This document shows, piece by piece, positions 1-12,396 of a DNA stretch of 62,509 nucleotides. Made by a program: the position numbers and the translations under genes. How positions within the stretch are numbered: position 1 is the stretch's first letter; each line of letters begins with the position of its first letter. The stretch is from Bacteroidota bacterium (lineage in GTDB: Bacteria > Bacteroidota > Bacteroidia > Bacteroidales > VadinHA17), in NCBI GenBank assembly GCA_011374625.1, contig DRPN01000142.1, positions 1 through 62,509 on the forward strand. The letters run 5' to 3'. A model generated the notes under the pieces. The model was not told where the DNA came from. It saw only the letters and a program-made list of their open reading frames with translations, and made no database searches.

Positions 1-3000
1 ACCAGTTCCTGGTTACAGTAGTAGGCAAAGTCGCCCTCCATGTCCAGGACATAGGCAATCCCTCCGCTCATACCGGCTGCGAAGTTTCTGCCGGTTTTTC
101 CCAGCACTACCACACGGCCACCGGTCATATACTCGCAGCCATGGTCTCCGACCCCCTCCACCACAGCGTAAGCCCCGGAATTCCTGACTGCAAAACGTTC
201 TCCGGCGACTCCGTTGACAAACAGATAACCGGCAGTGGCACCATAAAGGACGGTGTTTCCGATGATGATGTTTTCTTCCGGTTTATAAGTGATCCCTTTG
301 GGTGGTGTCACAATGATTTTCCCACCGGACAAGCCTTTCCCCAGATAGTCATTGGTGTCACCTTCGATGCGGAAAGTGACGCCGCGGCACAGAAAAGCTC
401 CGAAACTCTGACCTGCCGAACCGTAAAAAGTACATTCGATGGTGTCAGGCGGTAAGCCTTTTTCACCGTACAGTCGTATGATTTCTCCCGACAGGGTGGT
501 GCCGGTAGCTCTGTCGGTGTTGTGAATCTCCCGGGAAATCCATACCCGTTCTTTCCGCTGTAATGCCCGTTCCGAAAGACGTATAAGTTCCTTATCCAGT
601 TCGTTTTCCTTGATCTTTTGCAGACCGGGAACGAAATGTGTCGGGAAATTATCTGCATTCTCCGGGTAATACAACAGCCTGCTGAGGTTTACGGTACGGG
701 CTTTTTCATGGTTGATATCTTTCCTCTGTACCAGCCGGTCGCTGCGGCCTACCATTTCTTCAAAGGTCCTGAATCCCAGCAGTGCCATATATTCTCTTAC
801 TTCCTGTGCCAGAAAACGAAAATAGTTTTCCAGATGCTCGGGTTTACCCTTAAAGCGTTTACGCAGTTCCTTATCCTGTGTGGCAATGCCGGCGGGGCAG
901 GTGTTCATGTGGCATTTGCGCATCATAACGCATCCCAGGGTGATCAGGGGCAAGGTGGCAAAGCCGAACTCTTCGGCGCCCAGCAGGGCTGCGATTACTA
1001 CATCTCGGCCTGTTTTCAGTTGTCCGTCTGCCTGCAGGCGCACACGTCCCCGCAGGTTGTTTCTGACCAGGGTCTGATGGGTCTCGGCCAGTCCTGTTTC
1101 CAGCGGGGCCCCGGCATATTTGATACTACTCACGGGGCTGGCGCCGGTACCCCCTTCCGTACCGCTGATAACGATCAGATCGGCATGGGCCTTGGAAACA
1201 CCGGCAGCTACTGTGCCAATACCGTTTTCCGATACCAGCTTGACGCTTATGTATGCTCCTGGGTTGGTACTCTTCAAATCGTAAATGAGCTGTGCCAGAT
1301 CTTCGATGGAATAGATGTCGTGATGGGGGGGAGGCGAGATGAGAGTGATACCAGGAATGGAATGTCTTACCCGGGCAATAATTTTATTTACTTTATAACC
1401 GGGCAACTGACCTCCTTCGCCGGGCTTGGCCCCCTGGGCAATCTTGATCTGTATCTCATCGGCGTTGATAAGGTAATGAGTGGTTACTCCAAAGCGTCCG
1501 GAAGCTACCTGCTTGATAGCGCTACGGCGGTTTTCATGCGGCTCTTTGACGATAAAACGGGCAGGGTCTTCCCCTCCTTCGCCCGTGTTGCTGCGTCCTC
1601 CGATACGGTTGACAGCAATGGCAATCGTTTCGTGGGCTTCCTTGCTGATGGAACCGTATGACATAGCCCCGGTGACAAACCGTTTCATGATCGATTCAAT
1701 TCCTTCCACTTCCTCCTGAGGGATAGGATTTTCTCTGAAATCAAGGAGTCCCCGGATGAACACAGGTGTACGTGTATGTGCATCCGCAGCGGCTGTGAAT
1801 TTTTTGAAGCGGTCGTAGTTGCCTGTTCTTACCGACCATTGCAATAGGGCGATGGTGTCCGGGTTCCAGGCGTGTTTTTCTCCTTCCCATTGGTAGCTGT
1901 AGATCCCTTTGTGAGGAAGGTAGCTGATACCGTTGTGGGGGAAGAAAGTCTCCTGGTGCGTTTTCATGATCTCCCGTGCCAGCTCGGTGATGCCGATGCC
2001 CCCGATCTGTGAGGGGGTGCCGGGAAAATATCTGGCGATCAACTCTTCGCCCAGCCCGATGGCCTCAAAGATCTGTGCCCCAAAGTAACTCCTGAGTGTG
2101 GAAATACCCATCTTAGACATGATCTTCAGGATTCCTTTGTCAATGGCTTTGATATAGTTCTTGCGGGCCTGCGAATAAGGTATGTTAATCTCACCCTGCC
2201 TGACCATCTCGTCCAGGATCGCAAAGGGAACATACGGGTTGATAATACTTGCCCCATACGCAAGCAACTGGGCAAAATGGGTTACTTCACGGGCTTCCCC
2301 TGTTTCCACAATTAGTCCTACCTGCATTCTTTTTTTCTGACGGATCAGGTGGTGATGTACCGCCGAGACAGCCAGGAGGGAGGGTACAGGCGCCATATCT
2401 TCGGAGATGTCCCGGTCGGAGAGTATGATGAAATTGGTTTCACTGTTAACAGCTTCTTCAGCTTTTTTGCATAAGGTGTCTATGGCTTTCTTCAGCCCTT
2501 TGGCACCGGTATTTACCGGATAGACCATCGGCAGGGTGACATGGGTGAACATTTGGTGCCGCAGATCTTTGATTTTGCCCAGATCGGTGTTGGTGATGAT
2601 GGGTGACCTGAACTTGATCAGACGGGCATGTTCCGGGCTCTCCTCGAGGATGTTCTTCTGGATCGACCCGATATAATTGGTCAATGACATGACCAGCCCT
2701 TCCCTGATGGGGTCGATGGGAGGATTGGTGACCTGGGCGAACAACTGCCGGAAGTAATTGAATATCCTCTGTGGTTTATCTGAAAAAACAGCCATGGGTG
2801 TATCATTGCCCATAGAGTTGATCGGTTCTTTTCCCTGCTCGGCCATTGGTTTGATCAGCACTTCAATGTCTTCTTTGCTGTAACAGAAAGATTTCAGATA
2901 TACCGGTAGCTTATCTCCCAGACCCGACGGTTTTCTGTTGATCACCTCGATCTGTTCCATCTCCAGCCGGTTTTTTTTCAACCAGTTCCCATAAGGATAG

Positions 3001-4271
3001 CGACGGGCAAGGGTGGCTTTAACTTCATCATTCGGGATGATAATGCCCAGCCGGGTGTCTACCAGCAATAGCTTGCCGGGTTTCAGACGTCCTTTTTCGC
3101 GAATTTCTTCTGCCGGGAATTCCTGCACGCCGGTTTCCGATCCCATGATGATCAGATCGTTTTTGGTGATCAGATAGCGCGATGGACGCAGACCGTTGCG
3201 GTCGAGGGTTCCTCCCACATATCGTCCGTCAGAGAACAGGATAGCCGCCGGACCGTCCCAGGGCTCCATGAACGTTGAGTGATATTCATAAAACGATTTC
3301 AGGCTTTTGGGTATGGGATTTTTATCATTCCATGACTCCGGGATGAGCATACTCAGAGCGTGCGGAATGTCGCGGCCTGTTCTGACCAGAAATTCCATGG
3401 CATTATCCAGCGAAGCTGAATCGCTTTTGCCCGGTTCAATGATCGGGAACACCTTTGGCAGATCCTCCTGAAAAAGCTGTGACCGCATCAGCGACTCCCG
3501 GGCATGCATCCACAGACGGTTGCCGCGGATGGTGTTGATCTCACCATTGTGGGCGATGAACCGGAACGGTTGGGCCAGATCCCATGAGGGGAACGTGTTG
3601 GTGCTGAACCGCGAATGAACCAAAGCAATAGCGCTTTTGAAATCAGGATGCTGCAAATCGGGATAATAATCACGCAGTTGATCCGGGGTGAAAAGCCCTT
3701 TGTAAATAATGGTACGTGAGGAGAGACTGGGGATATAAAAAATATCTTTGTCTTTAAGATGTGAATTTCTTACCTTCGTTTCGATCTGTTTACGGACAAT
3801 ATACAGTTTTCTCTCCAACTCATCCTGTTCCTCATCACTGCCGATAAAGACCTGCTCTATGCGGGGTTCCGAAGTCAGGGCGATCTCTCCGAGGATGCTG
3901 TTGTTCACGGGTACCTTCCGGAAAGCGAGAAGATTTAGCTTTTCCTGTGTGATGATTTCTTCCAGCCAGTTTTTGCATTGTTCCGTTTGTTTTTTATCTC
4001 TTGGAAGAAAGAGTAATCCGGTACCATAACTGCCGGGAGCAGGCAGGGTGATGCCCGATCGAACGAAAAAATCATGGGGTACCTGGGTCAGGATTCCGGC
4101 ACCGTCGCCTGTTTTGTTGTCAGCACTCTCTGCCCCCCGGTGCGTCAGGTTAATCAGAATCTGCAGTCCCCTTTCCACAATGTCATGCGACTGGTTCCCG
4201 TGGATGTGAGCCACAAAGCCAATTCCGCAATTATCATGTTCGTTTTCAGGTCTGTATAACGACTTTTCCAT
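1..4271 (-). CDS. gltB: Glutamate synthase (GOGAT) large subunit; C-terminal end cut by the window edge
   Basis: The minus-strand frame is open from ATG at 4271-4269 to base 1. It is absent from the ORF track only because no stop lies in the window. My translation starts MEKSLYRPENEHDNCGIGFVAHIHG (Ntn-amidotransferase Cys motif). Near bases 60-160 it reads VEGVGDHGCEYMTGGRVVVLGKTGRNFAAGMSGG (C-terminal GXGXG domain of GltB). Confidence 0.92.
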   Translation of the reverse strand, partial: MEKSLYRPENEHDNCGIGFVAHIHGNQSHDIVERGLQILINLTHRGAESADNKTGDGAGILTQVPHDFFVRSGITLPAPGSYGTGLLFLPRDKKQTEQCKNWLEEIITQEKLNLLAFRKVPVNNSILGEIALTSEPRIEQVFIGSDEEQDELERKLYIVRKQIETKVRNSHLKDKDIFYIPSLSSRTIIYKGLFTPDQLRDYYPDLQHPDFKSAIALVHSRFSTNTFPSWDLAQPFRFIAHNGEINTIRGNRLWMHARESLMRSQLFQEDLPKVFPIIEPGKSDSASLDNAMEFLVRTGRDIPHALSMLIPESWNDKNPIPKSLKSFYEYHSTFMEPWDGPAAILFSDGRYVGGTLDRNGLRPSRYLITKNDLIIMGSETGVQEFPAEEIREKGRLKPGKLLLVDTRLGIIIPNDEVKATLARRYPYGNWLKKNRLEMEQIEVINRKPSGLGDKLPVYLKSFCYSKEDIEVLIKPMAEQGKEPINSMGNDTPMAVFSDKPQRIFNYFRQLFAQVTNPPIDPIREGLVMSLTNYIGSIQKNILEESPEHARLIKFRSPIITNTDLGKIKDLRHQMFTHVTLPMVYPVNTGAKGLKKAIDTLCKKAEEAVNSETNFIILSDRDISEDMAPVPSLLAVSAVHHHLIRQKKRMQVGLIVETGEAREVTHFAQLLAYGASIINPYVPFAILDEMVRQGEINIPYSQARKNYIKAIDKGILKIMSKMGISTLRSYFGAQIFEAIGLGEELIARYFPGTPSQIGGIGITELAREIMKTHQETFFPHNGISYLPHKGIYSYQWEGEKHAWNPDTIALLQWSVRTGNYDRFKKFTAAADAHTRTPVFIRGLLDFRENPIPQEEVEGIESIMKRFVTGAMSYGSISKEAHETIAIAVNRIGGRSNTGEGGEDPARFIVKEPHENRRSAIKQVASGRFGVTTHYLINADEIQIKIAQGAKPGEGGQLPGYKVNKIIARVRHSIPGITLISPPPHHDIYSIEDLAQLIYDLKSTNPGAYISVKLVSENGIGTVAAGVSKAHADLIVISGTEGGTGASPVSSIKYAGAPLETGLAETHQTLVRNNLRGRVRLQADGQLKTGRDVVIAALLGAEEFGFATLPLITLGCVMMRKCHMNTCPAGIATQDKELRKRFKGKPEHLENYFRFLAQEVREYMALLGFRTFEEMVGRSDRLVQRKDINHEKARTVNLSRLLYYPENADNFPTHFVPGLQKIKENELDKELIRLSERALQRKERVWISREIHNTDRATGTTLSGEIIRLYGEKGLPPDTIECTFYGSAGQSFGAFLCRGVTFRIEGDTNDYLGKGLSGGKIIVTPPKGITYKPEENIIIGNTVLYGATAGYLFVNGVAGERFAVRNSGAYAVVEGVGDHGCEYMTGGRVVVLGKTGRNFAAGMSGGIAYVLDMEGDFAYYCNQEL

Positions 4272-4402
4272 GATTTCCCTTTTCAATTTTTACATACAAT
4301 TATCAATCTCAGATATCCCTGGCGGGATGTCTGTGCCGGAATAACCGACTGTTCTCTCTCTCCTGAAAACCTGCCGGTAACTAGAACGGATTGGTATGCT
4401 GG

Positions 4403-5473
4403 TTATTTTTCCCTGATATAATCAACGATCCATTGGCCGACTTCTGATGTATACCTGGCATTTTCCGCACCGATATCTTCCGTTACGTATCCTTCTTCGA
4501 GGGATTTACTTACGGCTTCACGGATCATGGTTGCTTCTTCCTTTAGTGAGAGTCCTGTCTCAAGCATCATGGCTGCCGACAGGATCATAGCAAGCGGATT
4601 GGCAATGTTTTTTCCGGCGGCCTGCGGATAAGAACCGTGCACCGGTTCGAAGAGGGAAGTGAGACTGCCTACCGAGGCCGAAGGGAGCAAACCCATAGAC
4701 CCGGTGATGACACTGGCTTCGTCGGTGAGGATATCCCCGAACATGTTTTCCGTGACCATAACATCAAACCGGCCCGGGTTCTGGATGATCTGCATGGCGG
4801 CGTTGTCCACAAACAGATAATCCACTTCTATGTCGCTGTTATCTTTTGCCATTTCCTGGGCAATTTCCCGCCACAGTCGTGAGGTGGCGAGTACGTTGGC
4901 TTTGTCCACCACCGTAAGTTTTTTTCTTCTGTTGCGGGCATACCCGAAGGCCACTTTCAGGATACGTACAATCTCCTCCCGGGAATAAATATTGGTTTCA
5001 AACGCTTTGTTCCCGTCTTCCGATCTGCCCCGGGGTTCGCCGAAATAACTGCCTCCCGTAAGTTCCCGGATTACTACAAAATCCACATTTTCTACCAGGT
5101 GTTTGCGGAGCGGTGACTTGTCAAGCATGGAGGGGAATGTGGCAACAGGCCTGATATTGGCAAATAATCCCAGTTTCTTGCGCATGGTAAGTAAGCCCTG
5201 TTCGGGTCTGACTTTTGCTTTGGGGTTATTGTCATATTTGGGATCACCAATGGCACCGAACAAAACGGCGTTGGCATCGCGGCACAGAGCAAAAGTTGCC
5301 TCGGGGAAAGGATCTCCCGCATGATCAATGGCAACAGCTCCTACGTCACCATATTGGAAATCGAAATGATGCCCGTATTTTTCTTCAATGGCATGTAAAA
5401 CGGCAACAGCCTGTTCCATGATCTCCGGCCCGATACCGTCGCCGGGCAAAGTAGCAATGGTGAACTTCATCAA
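4403..5473 (-). CDS. leuB: 3-isopropylmalate dehydrogenase
   Basis: 356 aa. N-terminus is [18 protein letters not shown]; the isocitrate/isopropylmalate dehydrogenase family pattern runs throughout. It is the last gene of the leu cluster. Confidence 0.92.
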   Translation of the reverse strand: MMKFTIATLPGDGIGPEIMEQAVAVLHAIEEKYGHHFDFQYGDVGAVAIDHAGDPFPEATFALCRDANAVLFGAIGDPKYDNNPKAKVRPEQGLLTMRKKLGLFANIRPVATFPSMLDKSPLRKHLVENVDFVVIRELTGGSYFGEPRGRSEDGNKAFETNIYSREEIVRILKVAFGYARNRRKKLTVVDKANVLATSRLWREIAQEMAKDNSDIEVDYLFVDNAAMQIIQNPGRFDVMVTENMFGDILTDEASVITGSMGLLPSASVGSLTSLFEPVHGSYPQAAGKNIANPLAMILSAAMMLETGLSLKEEATMIREAVSKSLEEGYVTEDIGAENARYTSEVGQWIVDYIREK

Positions 5474-5513
5474 CTTATATTTTTTTCAGTGTTAACTTCA
5501 TTTGACAAAAATA

Positions 5514-7049
5514 TTATGCTTTCTGCATTTGCCGTATATTTTCAACAATGTTCAGCATTTTCTCCGTGGCTTTAATGGCGGCCTCCGTCTGGTCGGCATC
5601 CAGCCCGTGGGTTTTGAACTCGTGATCCTGATATTTCCAGCTGATATTGGCCCTTACCAGGGCATCCGTCTGGCCCCCGGGAGGAATGGTCACGATATAA
5701 TCTGTTAACATGGGATGTTCTATGTTCAGCTTGTCATAAATTTTCCACAATGCCCGCATAAAAGCGTCATACTGTCCGTCTCCTGCAGCATTTTCCTTAT
5801 GTACCTCCCCATGGATCTCAATAGAGATGTTGGCGATCGGTTTAAGTCCGGAAGACAGTGTGAGCGTATAATTAAGAATCTTTACCGGCTCATGCAATTG
5901 GTTGTTGCTGTTCAATACATCTGCGATGATATAGGGCAGGTCTTCTTTGGTGATCTGCTCTTTTTTATCCCCCAGTTCGATTACCCTTTCTGTAATCTTA
6001 CGGGTAGATTCAGGATCCAGGTCGATGCCCATCTCTTCCAGGTTTTTCAGGATGTTGGCTTTGCCGGAGGTTTTTCCCAGTGCATACTGGCGCGAGCGCC
6101 CGAAACGTTCCGGTAACAAGTCGTTATAATACAGATTGTTTTTTTTGTCGCCGTCGGCATGTACCCCACAGGTCTGGGTGAACACATTCTCCCCGACAAT
6201 GGGCTGGTTGGAAGGGATACGTATGCCGGAAAAGGTCTCAACAATCTTGCTGATCCGGGTAAGTTGCGATTCATCCAGATTATGCTCTGCCTGCAGATGA
6301 TCGTTCAGCAGCACTGCTACGCTGGCCAGCGGTACGTTCCCGGCTCTTTCTCCTAAACCGTTTACCGTTGTATGTACCCCATTTACTCCTTCCCGGATGG
6401 CGGCCAGTACATTGCCTGTTGCCATATCATAATCATTATGGGCGTGGAAATCCAGGTGTAACTTCGGATATTGCTCACGTACCTGACGGATAAACCGGGC
6501 GGTCTGGTAGGGGTTGAGGATGCCCAGGGTATCGGGCAACATAAAACGCTCAATGGGCTCGTCTTGCAGTCCGTCCATCAGGAAAAAAACATAAGCAGGG
6601 CTGTTGATCATGCCGTTTGACCAATCTTCGAGATACAGGTTTACCATCATCTCTTTGCTGCGGGCATAATGAATGGATCTTTTGATGTCACGCAGGTGTT
6701 CTTCCGGTTCCTTGCGCAATTGTTCCCTCACATGCCGTAATGATCCTTTGGTGAGGAGATTGGCCACACGACCTCCTGCTTCAGCAATCCAGTCGATGGA
6801 GGCTGTGCCGTCAATGAAAGCCAGAATCTCTACTTTGTCCAGATTGCCTTTCCTGGAAGCATAGGAAGTGATGCGACGTACTGCCTCAAATTCTCCTGTG
6901 GAAACACGGGCCGAAGCTACCTCAATGCGGTCCACACCTACTTCATCCAATAACATCCTGGCTATGGTTTCTTTTTCTACCGGACTGAAAGAGACACCCA
7001 TGGTTTGCTCTCCGTCGCGAAGGGTGGTGTCCATGATCTCGATAAACAT
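5514..7049 (-). CDS. cimA: 2-isopropylmalate synthase paralog, probably (R)-citramalate synthase
   Basis: 511 aa. Carries the [13 protein letters not shown]-like aldolase motif and HAHNDYDMATGN, plus a C-terminal LeuA-dimer-type regulatory region. It is a second LeuA-family gene placed between leuD and leuB. The substrate assignment is inference. Confidence 0.6.
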   Translation of the reverse strand: MFIEIMDTTLRDGEQTMGVSFSPVEKETIARMLLDEVGVDRIEVASARVSTGEFEAVRRITSYASRKGNLDKVEILAFIDGTASIDWIAEAGGRVANLLTKGSLRHVREQLRKEPEEHLRDIKRSIHYARSKEMMVNLYLEDWSNGMINSPAYVFFLMDGLQDEPIERFMLPDTLGILNPYQTARFIRQVREQYPKLHLDFHAHNDYDMATGNVLAAIREGVNGVHTTVNGLGERAGNVPLASVAVLLNDHLQAEHNLDESQLTRISKIVETFSGIRIPSNQPIVGENVFTQTCGVHADGDKKNNLYYNDLLPERFGRSRQYALGKTSGKANILKNLEEMGIDLDPESTRKITERVIELGDKKEQITKEDLPYIIADVLNSNNQLHEPVKILNYTLTLSSGLKPIANISIEIHGEVHKENAAGDGQYDAFMRALWKIYDKLNIEHPMLTDYIVTIPPGGQTDALVRANISWKYQDHEFKTHGLDADQTEAAIKATEKMLNIVENIRQMQKA

Positions 7050-7055
7050 GGCTTT

Positions 7056-7652
7056 TTATTTGTGATGTGACTGTTCGTATGCTATAATTTTATCCTTGTT
7101 GCTTAACAGATAATCGATGTCATCATATCCGTTCAACATACATTCTTTTTTGTACGCATTGATTTCAAACCCTTCGTATTCTCCGGTGGCTACAATGGTA
7201 ATTCTCTGTTCCGGAAGATGAATTTCCAGGAGAGTATCCGGATCATTTGCGGAGAGTTCGAACAGACGCAGCAGGAACTCCTCGGTGACCTGTACGGGCA
7301 GCAAACCGTTGTTCAGGGCATTGTTCCGGAAGATGTCTGCAAAAAAGCTGGACACCACCACACGGAAACCGTAGTCATACAATGCCCAGGCAGCATGTTC
7401 GCGGCTTGAACCGGAACCGAAGTTTTTACCTGCCACCAGGATTTTTCCCGAGTACTTGTCTTTGTTCAGGACGAATTCCGGGTTGGGCGTTCCTTCAGAG
7501 GTATACCGCCAGTCACGGAAAAGATTGTCTCCGAAGCCTTCGCGTGTGGTGGCTTTTAGAAAACGAGCCGGGATGATTTGGTCTGTATCCACATTATCGA
7601 TGGGCAGCGGAACAAAAGGCGATCGGAGTATAGTGAATTTTTCTCTTGGCAT
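7056..7652 (-). CDS. leuD: 3-isopropylmalate dehydratase small subunit
   Basis: 198 aa. [17 protein letters not shown] is a typical LeuD motif, and the gene is adjacent to leuC. Confidence 0.92.
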   Translation of the reverse strand: MPREKFTILRSPFVPLPIDNVDTDQIIPARFLKATTREGFGDNLFRDWRYTSEGTPNPEFVLNKDKYSGKILVAGKNFGSGSSREHAAWALYDYGFRVVVSSFFADIFRNNALNNGLLPVQVTEEFLLRLFELSANDPDTLLEIHLPEQRITIVATGEYEGFEINAYKKECMLNGYDDIDYLLSNKDKIIAYEQSHHK

Positions 7653-7677
7653 TTTTAGCTTATTTAGGTTTTATGGG

Positions 7678-9075
7678 TTAAAGGAATTCCCGTGGATTTG
7701 TGATCCTGCCGGTGATGGCTGCGGCAGCAACGGTTAGCGGGCTGGCCAGCATGGTGCGGGCTCCCGGACCCTGACGGCCTTCAAAGTTACGGTTGGAGGT
7801 GGAGACACTGAACTTACCCGCCGGAATTTTATCATCATTCATAGCCAGACAGGCCGAACATCCGGGTTGCCGCAGCTCAAAGCCGGCTTCTTTCAGGATC
7901 TTGTCCAGCCCTTCTTCCATGGCTTGTTTTTCTACCTGCTTCGACCCCGGAACGATCCAGGCTATTACATTATCTGCTTTTTTATGTCCCCGGATCATCT
8001 GGACAAAAGCCCGCAGGTCTTCAATACGTCCGTTGGTGCAACTGCCCAGAAAAACATAGTCCACAGGCTTGCCTATCATGGGCTCTCCGGCCCGAAAGCC
8101 CATATAATCCAAAGCTTTATAGTATGAAACAGCGTCCGGATCGTTCTTGTTCACCACAGGGATGGTTCCCGTAACCGGGATGCCCATGCCCGGATTGGTG
8201 CCATAAGTGATCATCGGTTCAATGTCGGAGGCATCGTAAGTAATCTCCCTGTCAAAGACAGCTCCTTCATCCGTTTTCAGCGACAGCCATTGTTCGGCCA
8301 TCTTGTCAAAATCTTTACCCTTGGGAGCAAACTCCCGCCCCCGTATATATTCTATAGTGGTTTCGTCGGGTGCGATCAGCCCACCGCGGGCACCCATCTC
8401 GATACTCATATTACAGATGGTCATGCGGCTTTCCATGCTCAGTGAGCGGATGGCGCTGCCGGCATATTCGATGAAGTAACCCGTGCCTCCGCTGGCTGAG
8501 ATTTTTGAGATGATGTACAGGATAATGTCTTTGGCGGTGACTCCTTTTCCGAGTGTCCCTTCAACCGTGATCCTCATCTTTTTAGGTTTGGGTTGCAGTA
8601 CACACTGAGTTGCCAAAACCATCTCCACTTCACTGGTGCCTATGCCGAAAGCGATGCTCCCGAAAGCCCCGTGGGTGGAGGTATGGCTGTCTCCGCATAC
8701 AATGGTCATGCCAGGTTGTGTCAGGCCCAGCTCGGGACCGATTACATGGACGATGCCCTGCCAGGGATGCCCCAGACCGTAAAAGGGGATATCGTGGTTC
8801 CGGCAGTTTTCTTCCAGTTTCTGTACCTGAAGGCGTGACAGTTCTTCCCTAATCGGGAGGTGTTGATCTTTGGTCGGCACATTGTGGTCGGTAGTGGCTG
8901 TTGTCCTGCCGGGCCGGAAAACTTTTACCCCCCGCTGCTCAATGCCGGAAAAAGCTTGCGGACTGGTTACCTCGTGGATCAGATGACGATCAATATATAA
9001 AACATCGGGACCCCCTTCAATATGCTTAACCACATGAGCATCCCAGATTTTGTCAAATAATGTTTTTGGTTCCAA
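7678..9075 (-). CDS. leuC: 3-isopropylmalate dehydratase large subunit
   Basis: 465 aa, aconitase family. Motifs seen: [35 protein letters not shown]. Confidence 0.93.
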   Translation of the reverse strand: MEPKTLFDKIWDAHVVKHIEGGPDVLYIDRHLIHEVTSPQAFSGIEQRGVKVFRPGRTTATTDHNVPTKDQHLPIREELSRLQVQKLEENCRNHDIPFYGLGHPWQGIVHVIGPELGLTQPGMTIVCGDSHTSTHGAFGSIAFGIGTSEVEMVLATQCVLQPKPKKMRITVEGTLGKGVTAKDIILYIISKISASGGTGYFIEYAGSAIRSLSMESRMTICNMSIEMGARGGLIAPDETTIEYIRGREFAPKGKDFDKMAEQWLSLKTDEGAVFDREITYDASDIEPMITYGTNPGMGIPVTGTIPVVNKNDPDAVSYYKALDYMGFRAGEPMIGKPVDYVFLGSCTNGRIEDLRAFVQMIRGHKKADNVIAWIVPGSKQVEKQAMEEGLDKILKEAGFELRQPGCSACLAMNDDKIPAGKFSVSTSNRNFEGRQGPGARTMLASPLTVAAAAITGRITNPREFL

Positions 9076-9103
9076 GTGTTCTCACTTTTTTATATTATAC
9101 AAT

Positions 9104-10606
9104 TTATATAATCTTCCCGATCGCGTCAAGGAAGGCTTCAACCGATGCCGTGATGATGTCCGTATTGGCAGAGAAACCATAATACGTCTGACCGCGGTTC
9201 TCTATCTGCACATGTACTTTTCCGATATCGTCGCTGCCTTTGGTGATGGCCTGGACAAGAAATTCTTCCAGGGTGACTTTTCGTTTGATCAGTTGCTTAA
9301 CAGCCGAAAAAGCCGCATCAATAGGTCCGTTTCCGGTGGCTGTGGAGGTGTACATTTCTCCGTTCATTTTCACCTGTACCATAGCTGTAGGATAGACGGA
9401 TTTTCCAGATATTACCTGCAGCCGTTCCAGTTTGATGTTTCTATCTTCTTTTTTGAAAGTACCCATGAGTACCTCCAGATCTTCATCCTTGATCTCCTTT
9501 TTCTTGTCGGCCAGTTTCAGAAAACGCTGATATATATCGTCCAGCTCGGTTTTGGATACGGTATATCCCAGCACGTCCAGTTTATGTTTGAGCGCAGCAT
9601 GGCCGCTACGTGCCGTCAGGACGATGCTCGACTCTTTGATCCCCACATCTTTCGGGTTGATGATCTCATAATTCTCTCTTTTTTTCAAAACACCATCCTG
9701 ATGGATTCCTGATGAATGGGCAAAGGCATTGCGTCCGACGATGGCTTTGTTAGGTTGTACCGGCATGTTCATTAGTGAGGAGACCATGCGGCTGGTTTTG
9801 TAGATTTTTTTCGTGTTGATACCCGTGGTAAAGTGCAGGTCTTTATACCTGCTTTTCAGGATCATAGTTACCTCCTCAAGAGATGTATTTCCTGCTCTTT
9901 CGCCAATGCCGTTGATTGTTACCTCCACCTGCCGGGCGCCGTTGATAACACCGTTGATGGTGTTGGCCGTAGCCATGCCGAGATCATTGTGACAATGTGT
10001 GGAGATAACGGCCTTATCAATGTTTGGCACATTTTCCACCAGATAGCGTATCTTGGCCCCGAACTCTTCGGGCAGAGCATAGCCGGTAGTATCCGGGATG
10101 TTGACAACGGTAGCTCCTGCTTTGATAACTTCTTCCACAACACGGGCCAGATACTCATTCTCGGTGCGGCCGGCATCCTCGGCATAAAACTCCACATCAT
10201 CCACAAACTTCCTGGCATACTTGACAGCTGCTCTGGCACGCTCAATAATCTCTTCCGGATTTGAGTTTAGTTTATAATGAATATGATAGTAGGATGTTCC
10301 GATGCCGGTGTGGATACGTGGACGTCTGGCATGCTGAAGAGCCTCGGCAGCTACTTCAATATCCTTTTTAACAGCCCTGGTAAGACCGCAGATCACCGGT
10401 CGTGTTACCACCTTGGAAATTTCTACCACCGATTTGAAATCGCCAGGGCTCGAAATCGGGAATCCGGCTTCTATTATATCTACGCCCAGTGCATCCAGTG
10501 CCCGGGCTACCTCGATCTTTTCAACCGTGTTAAGTTGACAACCGGGTACCTGTTCACCGTCGCGAAGAGTGGTGTCAAAAACATATATTCTCGTATCCTT
10601 ATTCAT
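9104..10606 (-). CDS. leuA: 2-isopropylmalate synthase
   Basis: 500 aa. Motifs seen: [13 protein letters not shown] and [13 protein letters not shown], with a C-terminal LeuA allosteric domain. Confidence 0.9.
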   Translation of the reverse strand: MNKDTRIYVFDTTLRDGEQVPGCQLNTVEKIEVARALDALGVDIIEAGFPISSPGDFKSVVEISKVVTRPVICGLTRAVKKDIEVAAEALQHARRPRIHTGIGTSYYHIHYKLNSNPEEIIERARAAVKYARKFVDDVEFYAEDAGRTENEYLARVVEEVIKAGATVVNIPDTTGYALPEEFGAKIRYLVENVPNIDKAVISTHCHNDLGMATANTINGVINGARQVEVTINGIGERAGNTSLEEVTMILKSRYKDLHFTTGINTKKIYKTSRMVSSLMNMPVQPNKAIVGRNAFAHSSGIHQDGVLKKRENYEIINPKDVGIKESSIVLTARSGHAALKHKLDVLGYTVSKTELDDIYQRFLKLADKKKEIKDEDLEVLMGTFKKEDRNIKLERLQVISGKSVYPTAMVQVKMNGEMYTSTATGNGPIDAAFSAVKQLIKRKVTLEEFLVQAITKGSDDIGKVHVQIENRGQTYYGFSANTDIITASVEAFLDAIGKII

Positions 10607-10616
10607 AATTTCGGTT

Positions 10617-11666
10617 TTATCTGTTTTCCGGTCTCAAAGCTCGTACGGCGGCACCTGCCTGCCATAATTCTGAGTCATGCATTTCCTTAAGTTCTTTTCC
10701 GAGTTCATCTTTGTAATCGGGGCGACCTGTTGCCTCCAAGACACGTTTTGTCTCCTTACCGCTTTTTACGCTTTCGTAAAGATTTTCAAATACCGGAAGA
10801 ACAGCCTCTCTGAAACGATGTCTCCAGTCGAGAGCTCCCCGCTGGGCTGTGGCACTGCAATTGGCATACATCCAATCCATACCCTTCTGATCAACCAAAC
10901 GGATGAGGCTTTGTGTGAGTTCTTCCACCGTTTCATTGAATGCTTCACTCGGACTGTGGCCATGTTCCCTCAGTATCTGATACTGTGCTTCTATAATGCC
11001 GGCCAGTGCACCCATGAGCACACCGCGTTCTCCGGTAAGGTCACTATAAACTTCTTTTTCAAAAGTGGTCGGGAATAAGTATCCTGATCCAATGGCAATA
11101 CCTATGGCCAATGTCCTTTCTTTTGCTCTTCCCGTATAATCCTGAAAAACTGCATAGCTTGAGTTGATACCTGTTCCCGCCAGAAAATTTCTCCGGACAC
11201 TTGTGCCTGATCCTTTGGGTGCGACAAGAATAACGTCAATATTCTCCGGAGGAATGACTCCTGTTTGCTCCTTGAAGGTTATCGAAAAGCCATGAGAGAA
11301 ATACAAAGCGTCGCCTTCTTTGAGATGTGGCTTGAGCTGAGGCCAGATAGCACGTTGGGCAGCGTCTGAAATAAGATACTGTATGATCGTACCTTTTTCA
11401 GCAGCTTCCTCAATAGGAAAAAGCGTCTTGCCGGGGATCCATCCGTCCCTTACTGCTTTGTCCCAGTCTTCTTTGAACTCCGGTGCCTGTCCAATAATCA
11501 CTTTAACCCCATTGTCTTTCATGTTCAATGACTGAGCTGGTCCCTGAACACCATAACCGATAACAGCAATGGTTTCATCTTTTAATACTTCCAATGCTTT
11601 CGAAATAGGAAATTCTTCTCTGGTAACAACATTTTCCAGAACACCTCCAAAATTAATCTTTGCCAT
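10617..11666 (-). CDS. ilvC: Ketol-acid reductoisomerase (class I)
   Basis: 349 aa. [21 protein letters not shown] is the Rossmann motif; the KARI C-terminal knotted-domain pattern follows. Confidence 0.92.
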   Translation of the reverse strand: MAKINFGGVLENVVTREEFPISKALEVLKDETIAVIGYGVQGPAQSLNMKDNGVKVIIGQAPEFKEDWDKAVRDGWIPGKTLFPIEEAAEKGTIIQYLISDAAQRAIWPQLKPHLKEGDALYFSHGFSITFKEQTGVIPPENIDVILVAPKGSGTSVRRNFLAGTGINSSYAVFQDYTGRAKERTLAIGIAIGSGYLFPTTFEKEVYSDLTGERGVLMGALAGIIEAQYQILREHGHSPSEAFNETVEELTQSLIRLVDQKGMDWMYANCSATAQRGALDWRHRFREAVLPVFENLYESVKSGKETKRVLEATGRPDYKDELGKELKEMHDSELWQAGAAVRALRPENR

Positions 11667-11825
11667 AATAAATATTTTTTAATGAATGAAATGTTTATTT
11701 TAAAATCAAATCCTTTCTACCAAACGTTTCTTTCCGGCTCAGTGTTTTGAGCCTGATGCATAATAAAAAATCACTTTTTTATTACTAGATGCTGTGTCTT
11801 ATGCTCTCTGCCCTGCGCCAACATA

Positions 11826-12377
11826 TTAATAATCATTTGTATAATTAGTTGCATTTTCAAGTTCTTGCAAGTGTACAGCCAGCTCTTTCATTGGCTTGGT
11901 AATTGCCACTCTTCCCGACCGTACAAACTCAAGCAGGCCGAAGGATTTCAGCTTTTCCAGAAGATCCTGGGTTTCTTCTTTGTGTCCCGTTTTTTCAATG
12001 GCTGTATATTCGGAGGTGACCTCCAGAATACGTGCGTTGTACCTGCGTACCAGTTTTTCGATCTCATTGGTTTTCAGCAGGGCAGAAGTGGGTAATTTGT
12101 ATAGTGCGATCTCTTGATAGATGATCTCATCCGAATGATAATAAAAAGCTTTTAGTACATCTACCAGTTTTTGGATCTGCGATACTATCTTTCTGATTAT
12201 CTTTTCGGTTGTGTTGATAACAATGGTGAAAGAGTGAACGCCGGGAATATGATATTCCGAGGTGGTAAGGCTTTCAATATTGATTTTGCGTCTGGTGAAT
12301 ATGATAGTCAGACGGTTTAGCAAACCAATGTGGTTTTCACTGTACACCTTGATGGTGAATTCTTCAACTTTTTCCAT
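11826..12377 (-). CDS. ilvN: Acetolactate synthase small (regulatory) subunit
   Basis: 183 aa. The N-terminal ACT domain reads FTIKVYSENHIGLLNRLTIIFTRRKINIESL. It lies immediately downstream of ilvB. Confidence 0.85.
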   Translation of the reverse strand: MEKVEEFTIKVYSENHIGLLNRLTIIFTRRKINIESLTTSEYHIPGVHSFTIVINTTEKIIRKIVSQIQKLVDVLKAFYYHSDEIIYQEIALYKLPTSALLKTNEIEKLVRRYNARILEVTSEYTAIEKTGHKEETQDLLEKLKSFGLLEFVRSGRVAITKPMKELAVHLQELENATNYTNDY

Positions 12378-12396
12378 GATCTTGATTTTAATTCTT

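Noticed and set aside
141-4259. Several plus-strand and out-of-frame ORFs in the track, for example 618-1661 (347 aa), 3748-4029 and 4074-4259.
   Set aside because: All lie inside the uninterrupted minus-strand gltB frame. They are antisense or shadow ORFs with low-complexity translations and no recognisable motifs.
4353-4362. A (TC)5 microsatellite upstream of gltB.
   Set aside because: It is too short to be meaningful, and no associated structure or motif was seen.
9050-9712. 220-aa plus-strand ORF.
   Set aside because: It is antisense to leuA, whose identity is unambiguous. The translation has no family features.
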